A stretch of 64,000 bases of DNA from Candidatus Parcubacteria bacterium (GTDB lineage: Bacteria > Patescibacteriota > Saccharimonadia > UBA4664 > JBIOIQ01). The stretch spans positions 68,396 to 132,395 of the forward strand of contig OY970378.1 of NCBI GenBank assembly GCA_963718875.1. The letters run 5' to 3'. This document shows, in pieces, positions 31,392 through 41,490 of this stretch. Numbering within the stretch: the stretch's first letter is position 1; the number at the start of each line of letters is the position of its first letter. Below the pieces are notes generated by a model. That model saw only the letters and a program-made list of their open reading frames with translations, was not told the origin of the DNA and did no database searches. Position numbers and translations under genes: made by a program.

Positions 31392-32870
31392 CTAGTTCAC
31401 GTTACGGTTGTTAACCGGTTTGGAGTCGAATAGGAGTGTATTTGATTTGCTGTCGTATAAGTATAGTCGGATTGTGGTGAGGTCATAATATTCCATTTTG
31501 GCGCGGAAGGTTCGTTGGCTCATGGCAATATTAAAGTTGGCGGTGGCTTTGCCAGTGGGGTTTTTGCGGTCAATCGGTTCAAGATCAACGTTGGTTATAT
31601 CGACGACTTTGGGATTTAGGCTTGAGCTTAAGGCGTATTGGTAAATAGCGTACTTAAGGCTGCTTGACTGAGTGTTGGTTAAGCCATGCTTCATTAGTTC
31701 TTCTATGCCGGAATAGTTCCATTGGCTAGGCTTAAATGGTTCAATTTCCTTTGTATCTAGTTGTTCCGGAGAGGCAACGTAGGCGTTGTTACTGGAATCT
31801 AGCAGCAAAATTTGGTCATTTTCGTAAGCTACGACCTTTAAATTTGAAGGTATGGCCTGCCCTTTTGATAATTTAAAGCTTAGCTCAAAAATTTTGCCAG
31901 TTCCATCATCCAAGTATCCTGTGAGTTCGTTTTCGCCAACCGTTTCGACTGCAGCCCAAGCGTCGGCTGATCGGCTCCAGGCTGCTGTGCCAGAAAAGGC
32001 CGTATCGATGGTTGTGGGACTAGCCGTGTCGCTTAACGACAATAGTTGCAGGGGGCCGTTAACTTCGCTCAGGGCTTCTTGGCCTTTTTTAATTTCGATC
32101 GGGACTATTAATCCAGCTACCCCGCTGGTATTTAAAACAGTTAAACCTTTGAAATTGTCGTACAGGACTTGAACGGTTTGGTCTTTGATATTGAGCTGGC
32201 TCAAAGTGTGTTTATTGGCGGTATCGACTTTGTAAATAAGCTTATCTTGGTCCGCCCATAACAAATTCGGGCCATCAATTTTTGCCAAAGGGTTGTTGGG
32301 GCCACCTAATGATCCAGAGAATACCGTGTATTCGTATGGTTGGCTGCGGAAAAGTTGGATCTGGGTGTAGTAGTACGTCTCACCATCAATTGACCAAACG
32401 GCGCTATTTATAACTGTGCCGTCGGAAGCGGCGCCATCTGAAGACGGGCCTTGAGGCGAACCCACCAACTTTATTTGGCCGTTTGAGAATGATACAGACC
32501 ACCAGTATGATGCGTTGGACGGCAGTCGTTCTTGGTCAAGAATAGGCTTCAGCTGATCCAACGTGCTGTAGTCATTGGCTTTGAATAGGACACCATTTTT
32601 AGACCACTGGACTTCAAGAACGTTGGGTAGCGAATAGATTGGTGTTAGGGGGCTGGAGGCTTGAGTGGCCAGATCGAATTTTAAAAAGGTACTGCCGTTA
32701 AAATAGTAGGCTTCGGAAGGAGTTAGTTGGGCCGGATAACGAAAGTTGGAGGCTACAACTTTGCTAAAAAATAAGTTTTTTTGGGGAGACAATATTCTTT
32801 GCCCAAATAGCAGGATTGCAACCAAGACTACGGCTACTACAGCAACAGCAATTACTAATTTTTTATTCAT
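31392..32870 (-). CDS. Membrane-anchored extracellular protein (possible beta-propeller), last gene of T4SS-like operon
   Basis: N-terminal TM; repeated ..WS.DG/WS.NG motifs; overlaps upstream gene. Confidence 0.6.
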   Translation of the reverse strand: MNKKLVIAVAVVAVVLVAILLFGQRILSPQKNLFFSKVVASNFRYPAQLTPSEAYYFNGSTFLKFDLATQASSPLTPIYSLPNVLEVQWSKNGVLFKANDYSTLDQLKPILDQERLPSNASYWWSVSFSNGQIKLVGSPQGPSSDGAASDGTVINSAVWSIDGETYYYTQIQLFRSQPYEYTVFSGSLGGPNNPLAKIDGPNLLWADQDKLIYKVDTANKHTLSQLNIKDQTVQVLYDNFKGLTVLNTSGVAGLIVPIEIKKGQEALSEVNGPLQLLSLSDTASPTTIDTAFSGTAAWSRSADAWAAVETVGENELTGYLDDGTGKIFELSFKLSKGQAIPSNLKVVAYENDQILLLDSSNNAYVASPEQLDTKEIEPFKPSQWNYSGIEELMKHGLTNTQSSSLKYAIYQYALSSSLNPKVVDITNVDLEPIDRKNPTGKATANFNIAMSQRTFRAKMEYYDLTTIRLYLYDSKSNTLLFDSKPVNNRNVN

Positions 32871-34045
32871 AGTACTCCCGGTAACTTTAGAAATGTGGAA
32901 ATTAAATTGGGCTGAGGGTCAATATAGTGCGTGCGCTCGGATTGGTCTTCGGTATTGGTAATCATAACGGAACTCATTTGAAAGTGGAGGTGTGGTGGGG
33001 TGCCTTCGGCGCAGGCAGACGGGCCAATAGTGCCTAGTTCTGTCCCGGCTGTTACTTCTTGTCCGTCGTGAATCTTAATAGACCCAGGTGACATGTGGGT
33101 GTAATAGTAATAAATGTTGTCAGTTCCCAAAATCTGCACCCTTGGTACATTTGTGCTTCCGGTACAAGTGGTGTCGACGGCTCTTATAACTGTACCGCCA
33201 ACAGCAGCCACAACTGGGGTGCCAATGGCGTCGAATATATCGGCCGCCCGGTAGTCGTGGTGACAGCTAGTGGGACTGTCGAAACACCAACCTCCAGCCG
33301 CCTTAATGGATTCTTGGGTGGTTTTTAGCGGAAATGTAAAATCGCCGCTAACCCCAAGTCCACCGCTGCAGGTGGGAGTGGTTCCTGGTGTAGGCGTGCT
33401 TACTGAAGCATTTGTGCTGCTTGTGGAGCTAGCATATAAATCATAGGCTTGTTGCGCATATTTGACGCGATCTTCAAAGTGAGCTCGGGCAGGATCTGGT
33501 CTTTCAAAACCGTCCATAAAAACCTTTGTGGCATCCCTTACTGTCGTTGTGCTTTTAAGGGTTGTTAAGGTTTCCCCATAGTCTTCGCTTAGTTCTTTCC
33601 ATAAAAAACCCAATTGGGGCTCGAGGGTGTTTACTGGCTTACTAACTGATTGGGCGTAGGCCACTAGTTTTTCTTGTCGCGATGGGAAGGTCCATTGGGC
33701 TATGCCAAAGCCTTCGTGTGGGTAGGGGTTGGGGTCTCCTTTGTGATTAGGGTTTTCTTGGGCAGTTGGGTCAATGATGCCGGCGCCTGATTCCCAGCGG
33801 ATGTTTCCTACTATGCCGGCGGATTGTTCCGGAGTTAGCCCTTGGCTGACAAAATATTTAAACGACGTTTCAATAGCGTCTGAGCCAATAAAAATTCCAG
33901 TGTCCTCCACGGTTTTACAGCGTTTTTCAGCATTATAATAAATTGCGTCGTAGTCGACAGATATTGGTACGTCGGCCAGAACTTGGGCTGGGAGCAAACC
34001 GATTAAAAGTGCCAATATAAGACGTCGTTTGATATAGGTTATCAT
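32867..34045 (-). CDS. Secreted peptidoglycan hydrolase: phage-tail-type lysozyme + M23 peptidase
   Basis: SAGIVGNIRWESG, GFGIAQWT..R, FERP; HHDYRAADIF, YYTHM, PPHLHF. Confidence 0.85.
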   Translation of the reverse strand: MITYIKRRLILALLIGLLPAQVLADVPISVDYDAIYYNAEKRCKTVEDTGIFIGSDAIETSFKYFVSQGLTPEQSAGIVGNIRWESGAGIIDPTAQENPNHKGDPNPYPHEGFGIAQWTFPSRQEKLVAYAQSVSKPVNTLEPQLGFLWKELSEDYGETLTTLKSTTTVRDATKVFMDGFERPDPARAHFEDRVKYAQQAYDLYASSTSSTNASVSTPTPGTTPTCSGGLGVSGDFTFPLKTTQESIKAAGGWCFDSPTSCHHDYRAADIFDAIGTPVVAAVGGTVIRAVDTTCTGSTNVPRVQILGTDNIYYYYTHMSPGSIKIHDGQEVTAGTELGTIGPSACAEGTPPHLHFQMSSVMITNTEDQSERTHYIDPQPNLISTFLKLPGVL

Positions 34046-34048
34046 AGA

Positions 34049-36679
34049 TTAACTTCCGGTTACCGACCAGTGCCAAGGTTCGTTGGGAAGCAAGCCCTTA
34101 AGCCCATAGGTCCCAGCATTTTGTGATAACCAGGCAAAGCATTGATCTCCCCTGGACACTAGGCTGCCATTGCAGCTGAAGTCGATGGCGAGTCCCATTT
34201 GGTGGTTTGATTTACCTGGTGGGGCTACCTCTGCCCCACCTGAATCTCCGTTAAAAAGGTCCTGTTGGTGTTGCATGGTACGGAAGGTGCTGGTAGCCGC
34301 AATAGGTAGGTTGGCCGCTTTGGCGGCTGTTGCCAGGGCCAGGAAGGCTCCTGAGGCTCGCGAATTAACTAAGGCTAGGCCGTTGGCGCCGTTGATGTAG
34401 TATGGATCCCCTGGCGAGCTTTCTCTACTGCTACTCGCTAGGTTGGGGAGGGTGCAAAGTTTGATTTGGATGGGCGCCTCATTGTGATAGCCAGTATGGT
34501 TGCCGACTTCATTGGTTCCGGGAGAGCAGCCAATATTATCCGAGGGCTGGAAAACAGTGTTTAAATCAATTGTTCCACCAGCCGTAGTGCTGCTGCCGCC
34601 TACACCCGCAGCTGTAAGAAGAGGGTTTTTGTTTTTTAAACGCATAATGCCATGGATAACCATTTGGTCGGCTTTATATTGGCCGTAGCGTTGGGCGTCA
34701 ATGTCGCCTGCAAGGTTGTCGCATTTAGAGTTTGGGCCATCAATAATTCGTTGGGCGTAATCCTCAGAACTGCCGCCGTAGCACTTGTCATACTTACTCT
34801 TGAATGTTGCCAAGTTAGCTTCAATGTACTTGGCGTTTTCAAGTACTGGCCAGGTGGGAGCGTTGAGCGGAATCCCTACAAATGGTTGGCCAGTTACCGG
34901 GTCAACTGGGTCGGCCGCAAAGGCAGTTGGGGGTGAAACGGTGGCTAGGGCAAGCCGTCCGCTAGATAGTGCAAACTTGGCTGGACTAAAAATGGTCCCA
35001 AAAAAGTGGTTAATTTGCGCCAACATTCCGGAGGGTGATGATGGAATGGCAAACAAGGATTGGGTAAGTACGGAGCGAGGGTTGTTGGTATCAACTAGGC
35101 GCCAGGCAAGCCCTTTTTTCTTATCTAGAGCCAATCGCTCTTGGTGGATGACGGTTTCAAGAGCAACGTTTTCTGCAGGGGTGAGTTGTTTGCAACCGGC
35201 GCTGAAACAGGCGTTGTCGGCAATTATTTTGGTGCCTCCAGACATATAGTTGCCCCAGGCAAGTGGGCTGGCATTGGCTGATATGGCGGTGTGGGCCATT
35301 TGGGAAACTACGTGTACAGCCAAAGCTTTGCCGGCGATTCCAGCAAAAACTACCGCCCCGCCCGCTACAATCGATCCGACTACAGCTCCAACAGTGACGT
35401 TAACACCCGGAGTAAGAACAGCTCCTACTAAAAGCACTACTCCAGCGCCCGCTACCGCAAATTGCACGCCGGGCTTTAGGATGTAGGAACAAGCTTCTTC
35501 AATTTTAGGAATGCCTAAAAAGAAATTGAGAGCCTTGCCAACATTACCACCCGGTGGAGTGTTGGTTGGCTTGGCTTCATCACTAAGGCCTGGGCCGGTA
35601 ATCGGTTGCCCTGAAGCTTGCTGCGCGCCAGCGCTGTTTACAAAAGATTCTTGGCTGTTATCGAGCTTACTAGCAACGGCGCCAATGCCCGCTAATGGAA
35701 CTTGTCCTTGTTTTTGCCCATCGGCCCAAGCGTAAACCGACTCAGCGGCTTTTACGAGGCCTTCGGCCTTGTAAGCAATATAGGCTTTTTTGGAGGCACC
35801 CCAAATGTCTATGGCAATGCAGGCGATGGTCACTTTTGAAAAAATACTCAGGGCTTTACCAGTTGATTCAATTAACCTGGTAGCCGTGTTTTCAACCACA
35901 ACTTTGGGGTCACCGCCGTCTTGTACACCCTTTTTTGTTTCATCAACTGTGTCTTTAACCTCAGCGTCTGGAATTCCGCCTGGTCCCTTGCCTGGATCGT
36001 CAACTTTTGACTGAAGATCTTTGTCGACCGCCGCTTTTATGTCCGCGTCTGGTTTGGTGGTGTCTATGCTCGCTACCGAACGGTCTCTGACTTTGAATCT
36101 TGAATCGGTGTCGGCTCCTGGTGAACCCGATAAGTCTGATTTCATGTATGCGTCAACGTCGGCCTGGAGTTTTATTCGTTCCGGCGAGTCAAGATCAACT
36201 GGCAAGGGACCTTCGCCTTTAGCTTGAGATAGTTGGAGGTCCAGCGGGGCTTCTTTGGGTGCTGGGGCTTGACCTGCTTTTCCGGCTGGCACTGCTCTAG
36301 CGGCTTCCAGCGAGGCAGCAATGCGTTGGGATACAACTCGATTAAATTTGGCAAAGCGGTAAGAAATAAACAGCTCTTTTACGTGGTTAAGCTTAAACAA
36401 AAACAAGAACATAAAAAACAATATAAACGGTGCTAGAATTCCAATAATGCCGCCAACGCCAGCAATCATTTTCCAGCGTTTACTCAAGCCATTGATTTTG
36501 CCCTTCATGTTTTGGGCTTTCCCTTTGGATGATGCGCCTAGGCCAATTCCGTTTGCGCTTCCTCCGCCTCCGGGTTGGCTATCTTGGGCAAACTGATCGC
36601 GTGCGTCGTTTGAGGCAGTTTGTGGGGCCGACTCGTCTTGGGCGGTTGTTTCGTCTTCTGGTAGGGTACCCAGTGCCAT
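34049..36679 (-). CDS. Large membrane protein with C-terminal M15B (VanY-like) peptidase domain
   Basis: TM segments; STFRT..QQ.L, APPGKSNHQMGLAIDF, WL..NA..YG, EPWHWS. Confidence 0.8.
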   Translation of the reverse strand: MALGTLPEDETTAQDESAPQTASNDARDQFAQDSQPGGGGSANGIGLGASSKGKAQNMKGKINGLSKRWKMIAGVGGIIGILAPFILFFMFLFLFKLNHVKELFISYRFAKFNRVVSQRIAASLEAARAVPAGKAGQAPAPKEAPLDLQLSQAKGEGPLPVDLDSPERIKLQADVDAYMKSDLSGSPGADTDSRFKVRDRSVASIDTTKPDADIKAAVDKDLQSKVDDPGKGPGGIPDAEVKDTVDETKKGVQDGGDPKVVVENTATRLIESTGKALSIFSKVTIACIAIDIWGASKKAYIAYKAEGLVKAAESVYAWADGQKQGQVPLAGIGAVASKLDNSQESFVNSAGAQQASGQPITGPGLSDEAKPTNTPPGGNVGKALNFFLGIPKIEEACSYILKPGVQFAVAGAGVVLLVGAVLTPGVNVTVGAVVGSIVAGGAVVFAGIAGKALAVHVVSQMAHTAISANASPLAWGNYMSGGTKIIADNACFSAGCKQLTPAENVALETVIHQERLALDKKKGLAWRLVDTNNPRSVLTQSLFAIPSSPSGMLAQINHFFGTIFSPAKFALSSGRLALATVSPPTAFAADPVDPVTGQPFVGIPLNAPTWPVLENAKYIEANLATFKSKYDKCYGGSSEDYAQRIIDGPNSKCDNLAGDIDAQRYGQYKADQMVIHGIMRLKNKNPLLTAAGVGGSSTTAGGTIDLNTVFQPSDNIGCSPGTNEVGNHTGYHNEAPIQIKLCTLPNLASSSRESSPGDPYYINGANGLALVNSRASGAFLALATAAKAANLPIAATSTFRTMQHQQDLFNGDSGGAEVAPPGKSNHQMGLAIDFSCNGSLVSRGDQCFAWLSQNAGTYGLKGLLPNEPWHWSVTGS

Positions 36680-36680
36680 A

Positions 36681-38549
36681 CTAGGCTACCTCGCTGCCTT
36701 GCGTGTAGCGTTCTTCAATTGATGGCGGATTGCTTTGGATCAAGTCGGACTCCGTGGCGGATGCTAAGATACGAATAATAACGTGGTTGAGGCCAGCAAA
36801 AAACAAACCTTCCCCTACTGGGAACTGGCTTAAACGGGCTTTTTCAGCTCCCGTTAGCTTAAAGGTGTCGGCTACAATATCTACGGCTGATGGGGCTTGT
36901 TTTAAAAGTAATTGCAAAGACGAGTTGGCAACTACAGCCCGGCCTAGCCTGGAACTAAGGAAGTCTTCGACGTCTTGGGAAATTGTAGTTAGGCCTAGTG
37001 AATACTTGCGGGCGCGCTTGGCGATTGAGAACATAAAGTTGGCTGAGTCGTCGTAGCGCATTAATTGCCAGGCTTCATCGACAATCAAAATACGTTTGCG
37101 CTTGTCGGATTTAACCTTATTCCAGATGTAATTCAGGATAATGTACATGGCGACTGGCCGCAGCTCGTCTTCGAGGTCGCGAATGTTAAACACTACAAAT
37201 TGGTTATTGATGTCGACATTTGATTGCTGGCTAAAAATACCAGAAAACGTACCGGTAGTGTATTTACGCAACCGTTGGGCTAGTGCTGGTCCATTACCGC
37301 TCATGCTTTCGAGCATACTATAAAGGTCATTCATGGTTGGCGGTGTAGCAGCATGGGTTAGAGGATCATTAGTAATGCCAGCTTTGGCGTAGGTGTTAAT
37401 GATGGCCACATCTAAGTCAGCGTCTTCGGCCGGAGTAAGTGCCCCATAATTGGCTTGGCTGGCGGTTTGAGTGCCAGCTTGGGCTTGGGCGCCACCCATC
37501 ATCAACCGCAGTAACCCATGGAGAGTAATAATATTGGCCCGGAGAGAATTATCGGCATCTTCGTCATCGAGAACCCGTGGCAGGTCAAATGGGTTGAGGC
37601 GAGTATCGGAGGCTAAGGAGACGCGCAGGTAGCTCCCCCCTACGGCATCACTGAGGGTGCGATATTCGTCTTCTGGGTCAATAATTATGACTTCAGTACC
37701 AAGCATTAGTGAGCGCAAAGCCTCTAGTTTTACAGCAAAACTTTTACCAGCGCCAGATTTGGCAAATACTACCATGTTGGCGTTTTCCAGACTAAAGCGG
37801 TCAAACAATACTAGTCCGTTGTTGTGGCGGTTAAGTCCATAAAGCACGCCTTCGTTGCGTGATAACTCGGTGGAGGTAAAAGGAAAACAGGTAGAAATAG
37901 CGCCGGTGCTCATATTGCGGCTAATCTGGAGTTGGTCGCTAGCAATCGGCAAAGTTGAATTAAAGGCTTGTTCCATTTGCAGAGAAGCCGGCTTGGTGTA
38001 GACAAGTGATTGGCCAAACATGCCTTCGATTTTGCGTTGCATGGTGGTAAGTTCTTCTAGGCTATCAGCGTACATTGTGACATAGAGGCCAAAGCGGAAA
38101 AAACGTTCCTCCCCAACTTGTAGTTTGTCGCGTAGCTCTTCGGCATCGACTATGGCTGCCTCTAGCCCCGGGTCGCGTACCCGGCCTTTTTCTTGGTTGA
38201 TGGTGTAGGAAGCTTGCAGCTCCCCTACCTTGCGGCGTAAATTGTTAAGGACCACTTGGCTCTCAACTGGGTAAATGTTGATACTGATGTCGAGTATTTC
38301 ATCGAGGTTAATGAGAGGGGAAAGCCAGCCGGTAAAAATTTGGCGGGGGTAGCCGTAAACGTACAACGTTCGGGCAAAGCGCTTTCCCAGCTGAAGGTAG
38401 GACGACTCAATTTTAAGAGACGGCGGCGCAATGAGGTCACGCATAGTAACAATTCCCTGACGGTAAACTGTCTCGGCTTCTTGCTGATCGCGGGCTTTTT
38501 GGCCTTCAGCCAGCATCACTGGATCGACTTTTGGTTTAAATAGACCCAC
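36681..38549 (-). CDS. VirB4-like secretion/conjugation ATPase
   Basis: NANMVVFAKSGAGKSF, IIDPEDEY, LNPFD, LIVDEAW, KRARKY, ISQDVEDF. Confidence 0.9.
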   Translation of the reverse strand: MGLFKPKVDPVMLAEGQKARDQQEAETVYRQGIVTMRDLIAPPSLKIESSYLQLGKRFARTLYVYGYPRQIFTGWLSPLINLDEILDISINIYPVESQVVLNNLRRKVGELQASYTINQEKGRVRDPGLEAAIVDAEELRDKLQVGEERFFRFGLYVTMYADSLEELTTMQRKIEGMFGQSLVYTKPASLQMEQAFNSTLPIASDQLQISRNMSTGAISTCFPFTSTELSRNEGVLYGLNRHNNGLVLFDRFSLENANMVVFAKSGAGKSFAVKLEALRSLMLGTEVIIIDPEDEYRTLSDAVGGSYLRVSLASDTRLNPFDLPRVLDDEDADNSLRANIITLHGLLRLMMGGAQAQAGTQTASQANYGALTPAEDADLDVAIINTYAKAGITNDPLTHAATPPTMNDLYSMLESMSGNGPALAQRLRKYTTGTFSGIFSQQSNVDINNQFVVFNIRDLEDELRPVAMYIILNYIWNKVKSDKRKRILIVDEAWQLMRYDDSANFMFSIAKRARKYSLGLTTISQDVEDFLSSRLGRAVVANSSLQLLLKQAPSAVDIVADTFKLTGAEKARLSQFPVGEGLFFAGLNHVIIRILASATESDLIQSNPPSIEERYTQGSEVA

Positions 38550-38562
38550 TGGGAACCTCCGC

Positions 38563-38667
38563 GAATAATGAATAATGAATCATGAATAAAGGGAAACTGT
38601 CTTGCGTTTTGACCCTATAATTCTTAATTCTTAATTCGTGATTCTTAATTCGTGATTCGTGATTCGT
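38563..38667. repeat. Inverted heptamer-repeat element
   Basis: GAATAAT/GAATCAT x3-4, then ATTCTTA/ATTCGTG x6. Confidence 0.75.
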
Positions 38668-38674
38668 TTGCATA

Positions 38675-39433
38675 TTATTGTCCAAATGGTCCTGCTAATG
38701 GTGGTGGCGGGGCTTGACCTACGCCCTTGGTGACGGCAGCTGTTTGGAGTTGGCTAGCGTCAATCATTTTTTGGTTAGGGGCAACGTCTGGGTTGTAGGA
38801 AGCATAGTAGAGGTCAATGAGCTCTTGGGTATTGAGCGGGATGGCTCTAAGTCCCATTTGCGCGAGCCCCGCTGATACTAGCTGTACGCGTTGGGCTAGT
38901 TCGGATTTGGCTTTCTCGAAATCAGCGGCTGTAACAGTTATAACGGGTACCGGTTTAAAGATATTGGCGAGTCCTGAAGCCACATTGATTTTTGAAGGGT
39001 CAAGATGGGGGTAAAACGGCACCACAATAAAAAACAACTTGTCCATAATGTTGACTTCTTCGATCAAGCCCTTGATGTTAGCTATGTAATCGTCCATAAG
39101 CTCGGCTAAAAGTGCATTGCCTTGGTCTGAGCGAAGCTTACCAAGGTTGTCGATGTAGCTATCGAGGTCAATTTTTTGGGATTTAATTACAATTTGAAGC
39201 GGGAAATGTAAAGAGTTTAAAAATCCTTGATAAGCATATTCTACGGCGTCTTGTTCTTGCTGGCTCATCAGGTCAAAATTGATGGCGCTGGTCAAAATGA
39301 CTGCGCGCAAACTGCCATCGCGCAACACCACAACTCCATCTTTAATTTCAGATATCAGGAGGCTGCCTTGGGTGCTTTTGGTGCTGGCAGTTACAGGATG
39401 GGCTGGTTGGTTGATGGGGGGAGTTTTTGCCAT
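38675..39433 (-). CDS. Conserved T4SS-locus protein resembling the N-terminal part of VirB4/TraC-TrsD
   Basis: STQ..L.ISEIKDGVV.L.DG, INFDLMS..EQ, FLNSLHFPLQI, L.TQELIDLYY..YNP; lies between PrgI and VirB4. Confidence 0.65.
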   Translation of the reverse strand: MAKTPPINQPAHPVTASTKSTQGSLLISEIKDGVVVLRDGSLRAVILTSAINFDLMSQQEQDAVEYAYQGFLNSLHFPLQIVIKSQKIDLDSYIDNLGKLRSDQGNALLAELMDDYIANIKGLIEEVNIMDKLFFIVVPFYPHLDPSKINVASGLANIFKPVPVITVTAADFEKAKSELAQRVQLVSAGLAQMGLRAIPLNTQELIDLYYASYNPDVAPNQKMIDASQLQTAAVTKGVGQAPPPPLAGPFGQ

Positions 39434-39456
39434 TAAACATTAACCTTAGTTAAGTA

Positions 39457-39570
39457 AGAAACAAGCTACAAGATACAAGAAACAGATAGCTTCAATATTC
39501 AAATTTTCAAACAAGTGGAAAGTTTTTGTCGCTTGGGTATTTGTATCTTGTCTTTTGTGTCTTGGAACTT
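39457..39570. repeat. Inverted heptamer-repeat element (ACAAGAT-type)
   Basis: AAACAAG CTACAAG ATACAAG ... TTGTATC TTGTCTT TTGTGTC TTGGAAC. Confidence 0.7.
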
Positions 39571-39573
39571 GCC

Positions 39574-40590
39574 CTAGGCTGCGGGCTGATCTGGATGTAT
39601 CGCTACGGCTTGGCCTTCCACAAGTACTGCCGGGCTGGTGGCCTGGGCGGCAATTTGGCTCACCTGGCTCACCTTCAGGTCGGGCGTCTCCATGGCTCTC
39701 TTTAGTATATCAGCAATGGGATTTGTAGTCATCTCGCTTATGTTGGCTTGGGCTGTTTGGACCACGGCTGCAGAGGGTACGATGGCTGGCGGAATGGGTG
39801 CTGACTGCATTACAGCTGTTGGAGCAGTTTCTGGACTGGGCGTAGGAACTGAATTAGGTTGGACTGACAGAGTCGGAAGGTTTTGACTTTGAGTGGGGGC
39901 TGTTGGCTTGGTAAGGTCGCCGGGGTGAGCGTGGATTGGTGAGGGAAGTTCTTCGCGGATTTTTTGCATGACCTCGTCGTGAATACTTTTTTCGGAGTCC
40001 TCAATCAGGACGCTCAAGTTGCGGGCAGACTGATTGTTATCAAGGTCGAGCATGTCGTCTTCCATGTTGACTACGGATGTGGGTCGAATAGGAGCTATGT
40101 CGAGTTCATTGGTCTTTAAACGCCCGTCCAAGTCTATTACCGGATGTTCTGTGGGCTCCTGTACCTCTGGCTGCTTGCTTTCCCATCCCCTGGTATCAAC
40201 TATTTGGGCTAATTTTTCGAGCTGGCCGCGGACTTCGCGTGGGTCGCGGTGGGCTTCTTCGGGTTTGGGCAATGGTTGCTCAATTTTGAACACTTCTGCA
40301 ACATCCTCCTTAAGCCAGATGCGCTGACGAGGCTTAAACCAAAAGTTAACCAGTGCTAAAAAGTAGGCTTCAAATGGCTGGCCCTCACGTTGGTAAAGGC
40401 CAAGCAGTAGCATCATAGCTGTGGGTGGGACTCCAATAAGTACAAAAAGTATTAGGGCTTTTTTGAATATCTGAAAAGTCAGCAGTCCGTAGGCTACGCC
40501 AATAACGGCGTAAATGAACTGCTTAAGGGTTAAAACCCCAATTATCTTATCTTCGGCTTCGACGTCCTGAGGGACTTTATACTGACCCAT
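39574..40590 (-). CDS. PrgI family protein with Pro-rich C-terminal tail
   Basis: MGQYKVPQDVEAEDKIIG.LTLKQF, two TM helices, QPFE, P..RIW. Confidence 0.85.
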   Translation of the reverse strand: MGQYKVPQDVEAEDKIIGVLTLKQFIYAVIGVAYGLLTFQIFKKALILFVLIGVPPTAMMLLLGLYQREGQPFEAYFLALVNFWFKPRQRIWLKEDVAEVFKIEQPLPKPEEAHRDPREVRGQLEKLAQIVDTRGWESKQPEVQEPTEHPVIDLDGRLKTNELDIAPIRPTSVVNMEDDMLDLDNNQSARNLSVLIEDSEKSIHDEVMQKIREELPSPIHAHPGDLTKPTAPTQSQNLPTLSVQPNSVPTPSPETAPTAVMQSAPIPPAIVPSAAVVQTAQANISEMTTNPIADILKRAMETPDLKVSQVSQIAAQATSPAVLVEGQAVAIHPDQPAA

Positions 40591-40700
40591 TAAGCACAAG
40601 TATAACTCATCTTGGTAATGAACTACGAATATTGAATAAGGAATTATGAATGAAGAGACTTGGAGTTGACAAAAGTTGAACGATTTGATAAGTTAAACGT

Positions 40701-40931
40701 ATGAAAACCGTTATACTTTCAAGTAAATACCAAGTGGTTATTCCTAAAGAGATTAGGGAGTCATTGAATCTTAAGCCTGGGCAAAAACTGCATGTGCAAA
40801 AGGGTAAGAACGGTGCTGTGGAGATTCAAACAAAATCGGCTTTGGATGAGTTATATGGTAGCGTGCCAGGCGTGTGGGGAGATGACGCAGTGGCTTACAT
40901 TCGGAAACAACGCGATGATTGGGAAGGCTAG
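40701..40931 (+). CDS. AbrB/MazE-family antitoxin
   Basis: LSSKYQVVIPKEIRESLNLKPGQKL; TTGACA(40666)-17-TAAGTT promoter. Confidence 0.88.
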   Translation: MKTVILSSKYQVVIPKEIRESLNLKPGQKLHVQKGKNGAVEIQTKSALDELYGSVPGVWGDDAVAYIRKQRDDWEG

Positions 40932-40964
40932 TTGTTGCTTTCTGCGGATGAACAGTAGGCAAAA

Positions 40965-41390
40965 TTGCTGATAGCTCTCGACGCCAATATTTTTATCTAC
41001 GTTCTTGAACGTGACTATCAGTTTGGGCCGCAGGCTTTAGCTATCTTAAAAGCAGCCGAGTTGGGTACAATCGATGCTGTTACCTCTGAGCTGGTGTATC
41101 TGGAAACACTGGCAAACAGTAAACTGCAGGCTAGCGATGTTAATCGCATCAATCGATTGCTGGAACTTTCAGGAGTAGTATTTGAGCCAATTGAAAAACC
41201 GGTTGTTTTGGAGGCCGCAAGATTAAGGCGCATTTATGGGATTAAAACCCCCGACGCCATTCATATTGCCAGCGCACTTGGTGTAAAGGCTACCCATTTT
41301 GTAACCAACGACAAGCAGTTGTTGAGGCTCAAGATTGCTGGACTTGAAATAGTTTCTCTCGATCAGGCTCTTTTGTTGAGTGAAGCATGA
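40965..41390 (+). CDS. PIN-domain (VapC) toxin
   Basis: ALDANIFIY, TSELVYLE, KTPDAIHIASA, FVTND. Confidence 0.88.
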   Translation: MLIALDANIFIYVLERDYQFGPQALAILKAAELGTIDAVTSELVYLETLANSKLQASDVNRINRLLELSGVVFEPIEKPVVLEAARLRRIYGIKTPDAIHIASALGVKATHFVTNDKQLLRLKIAGLEIVSLDQALLLSEA

Positions 41391-41490
41391 GGAAGAGTAA
41401 ATTCCTAATACCTAAACTCGAAATCCGAAGGGATTAACCAAAGTCTAATATTTTAAACATTTGCGCTTGAGTTATCCCTTCGGATTTCCC

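Noticed and set aside
32867-34045. Prophage suggested by the phage-tail lysozyme domain
   Set aside because: No capsid, terminase, portal or integrase; the gene has a signal peptide and lies in the T4SS-like operon.
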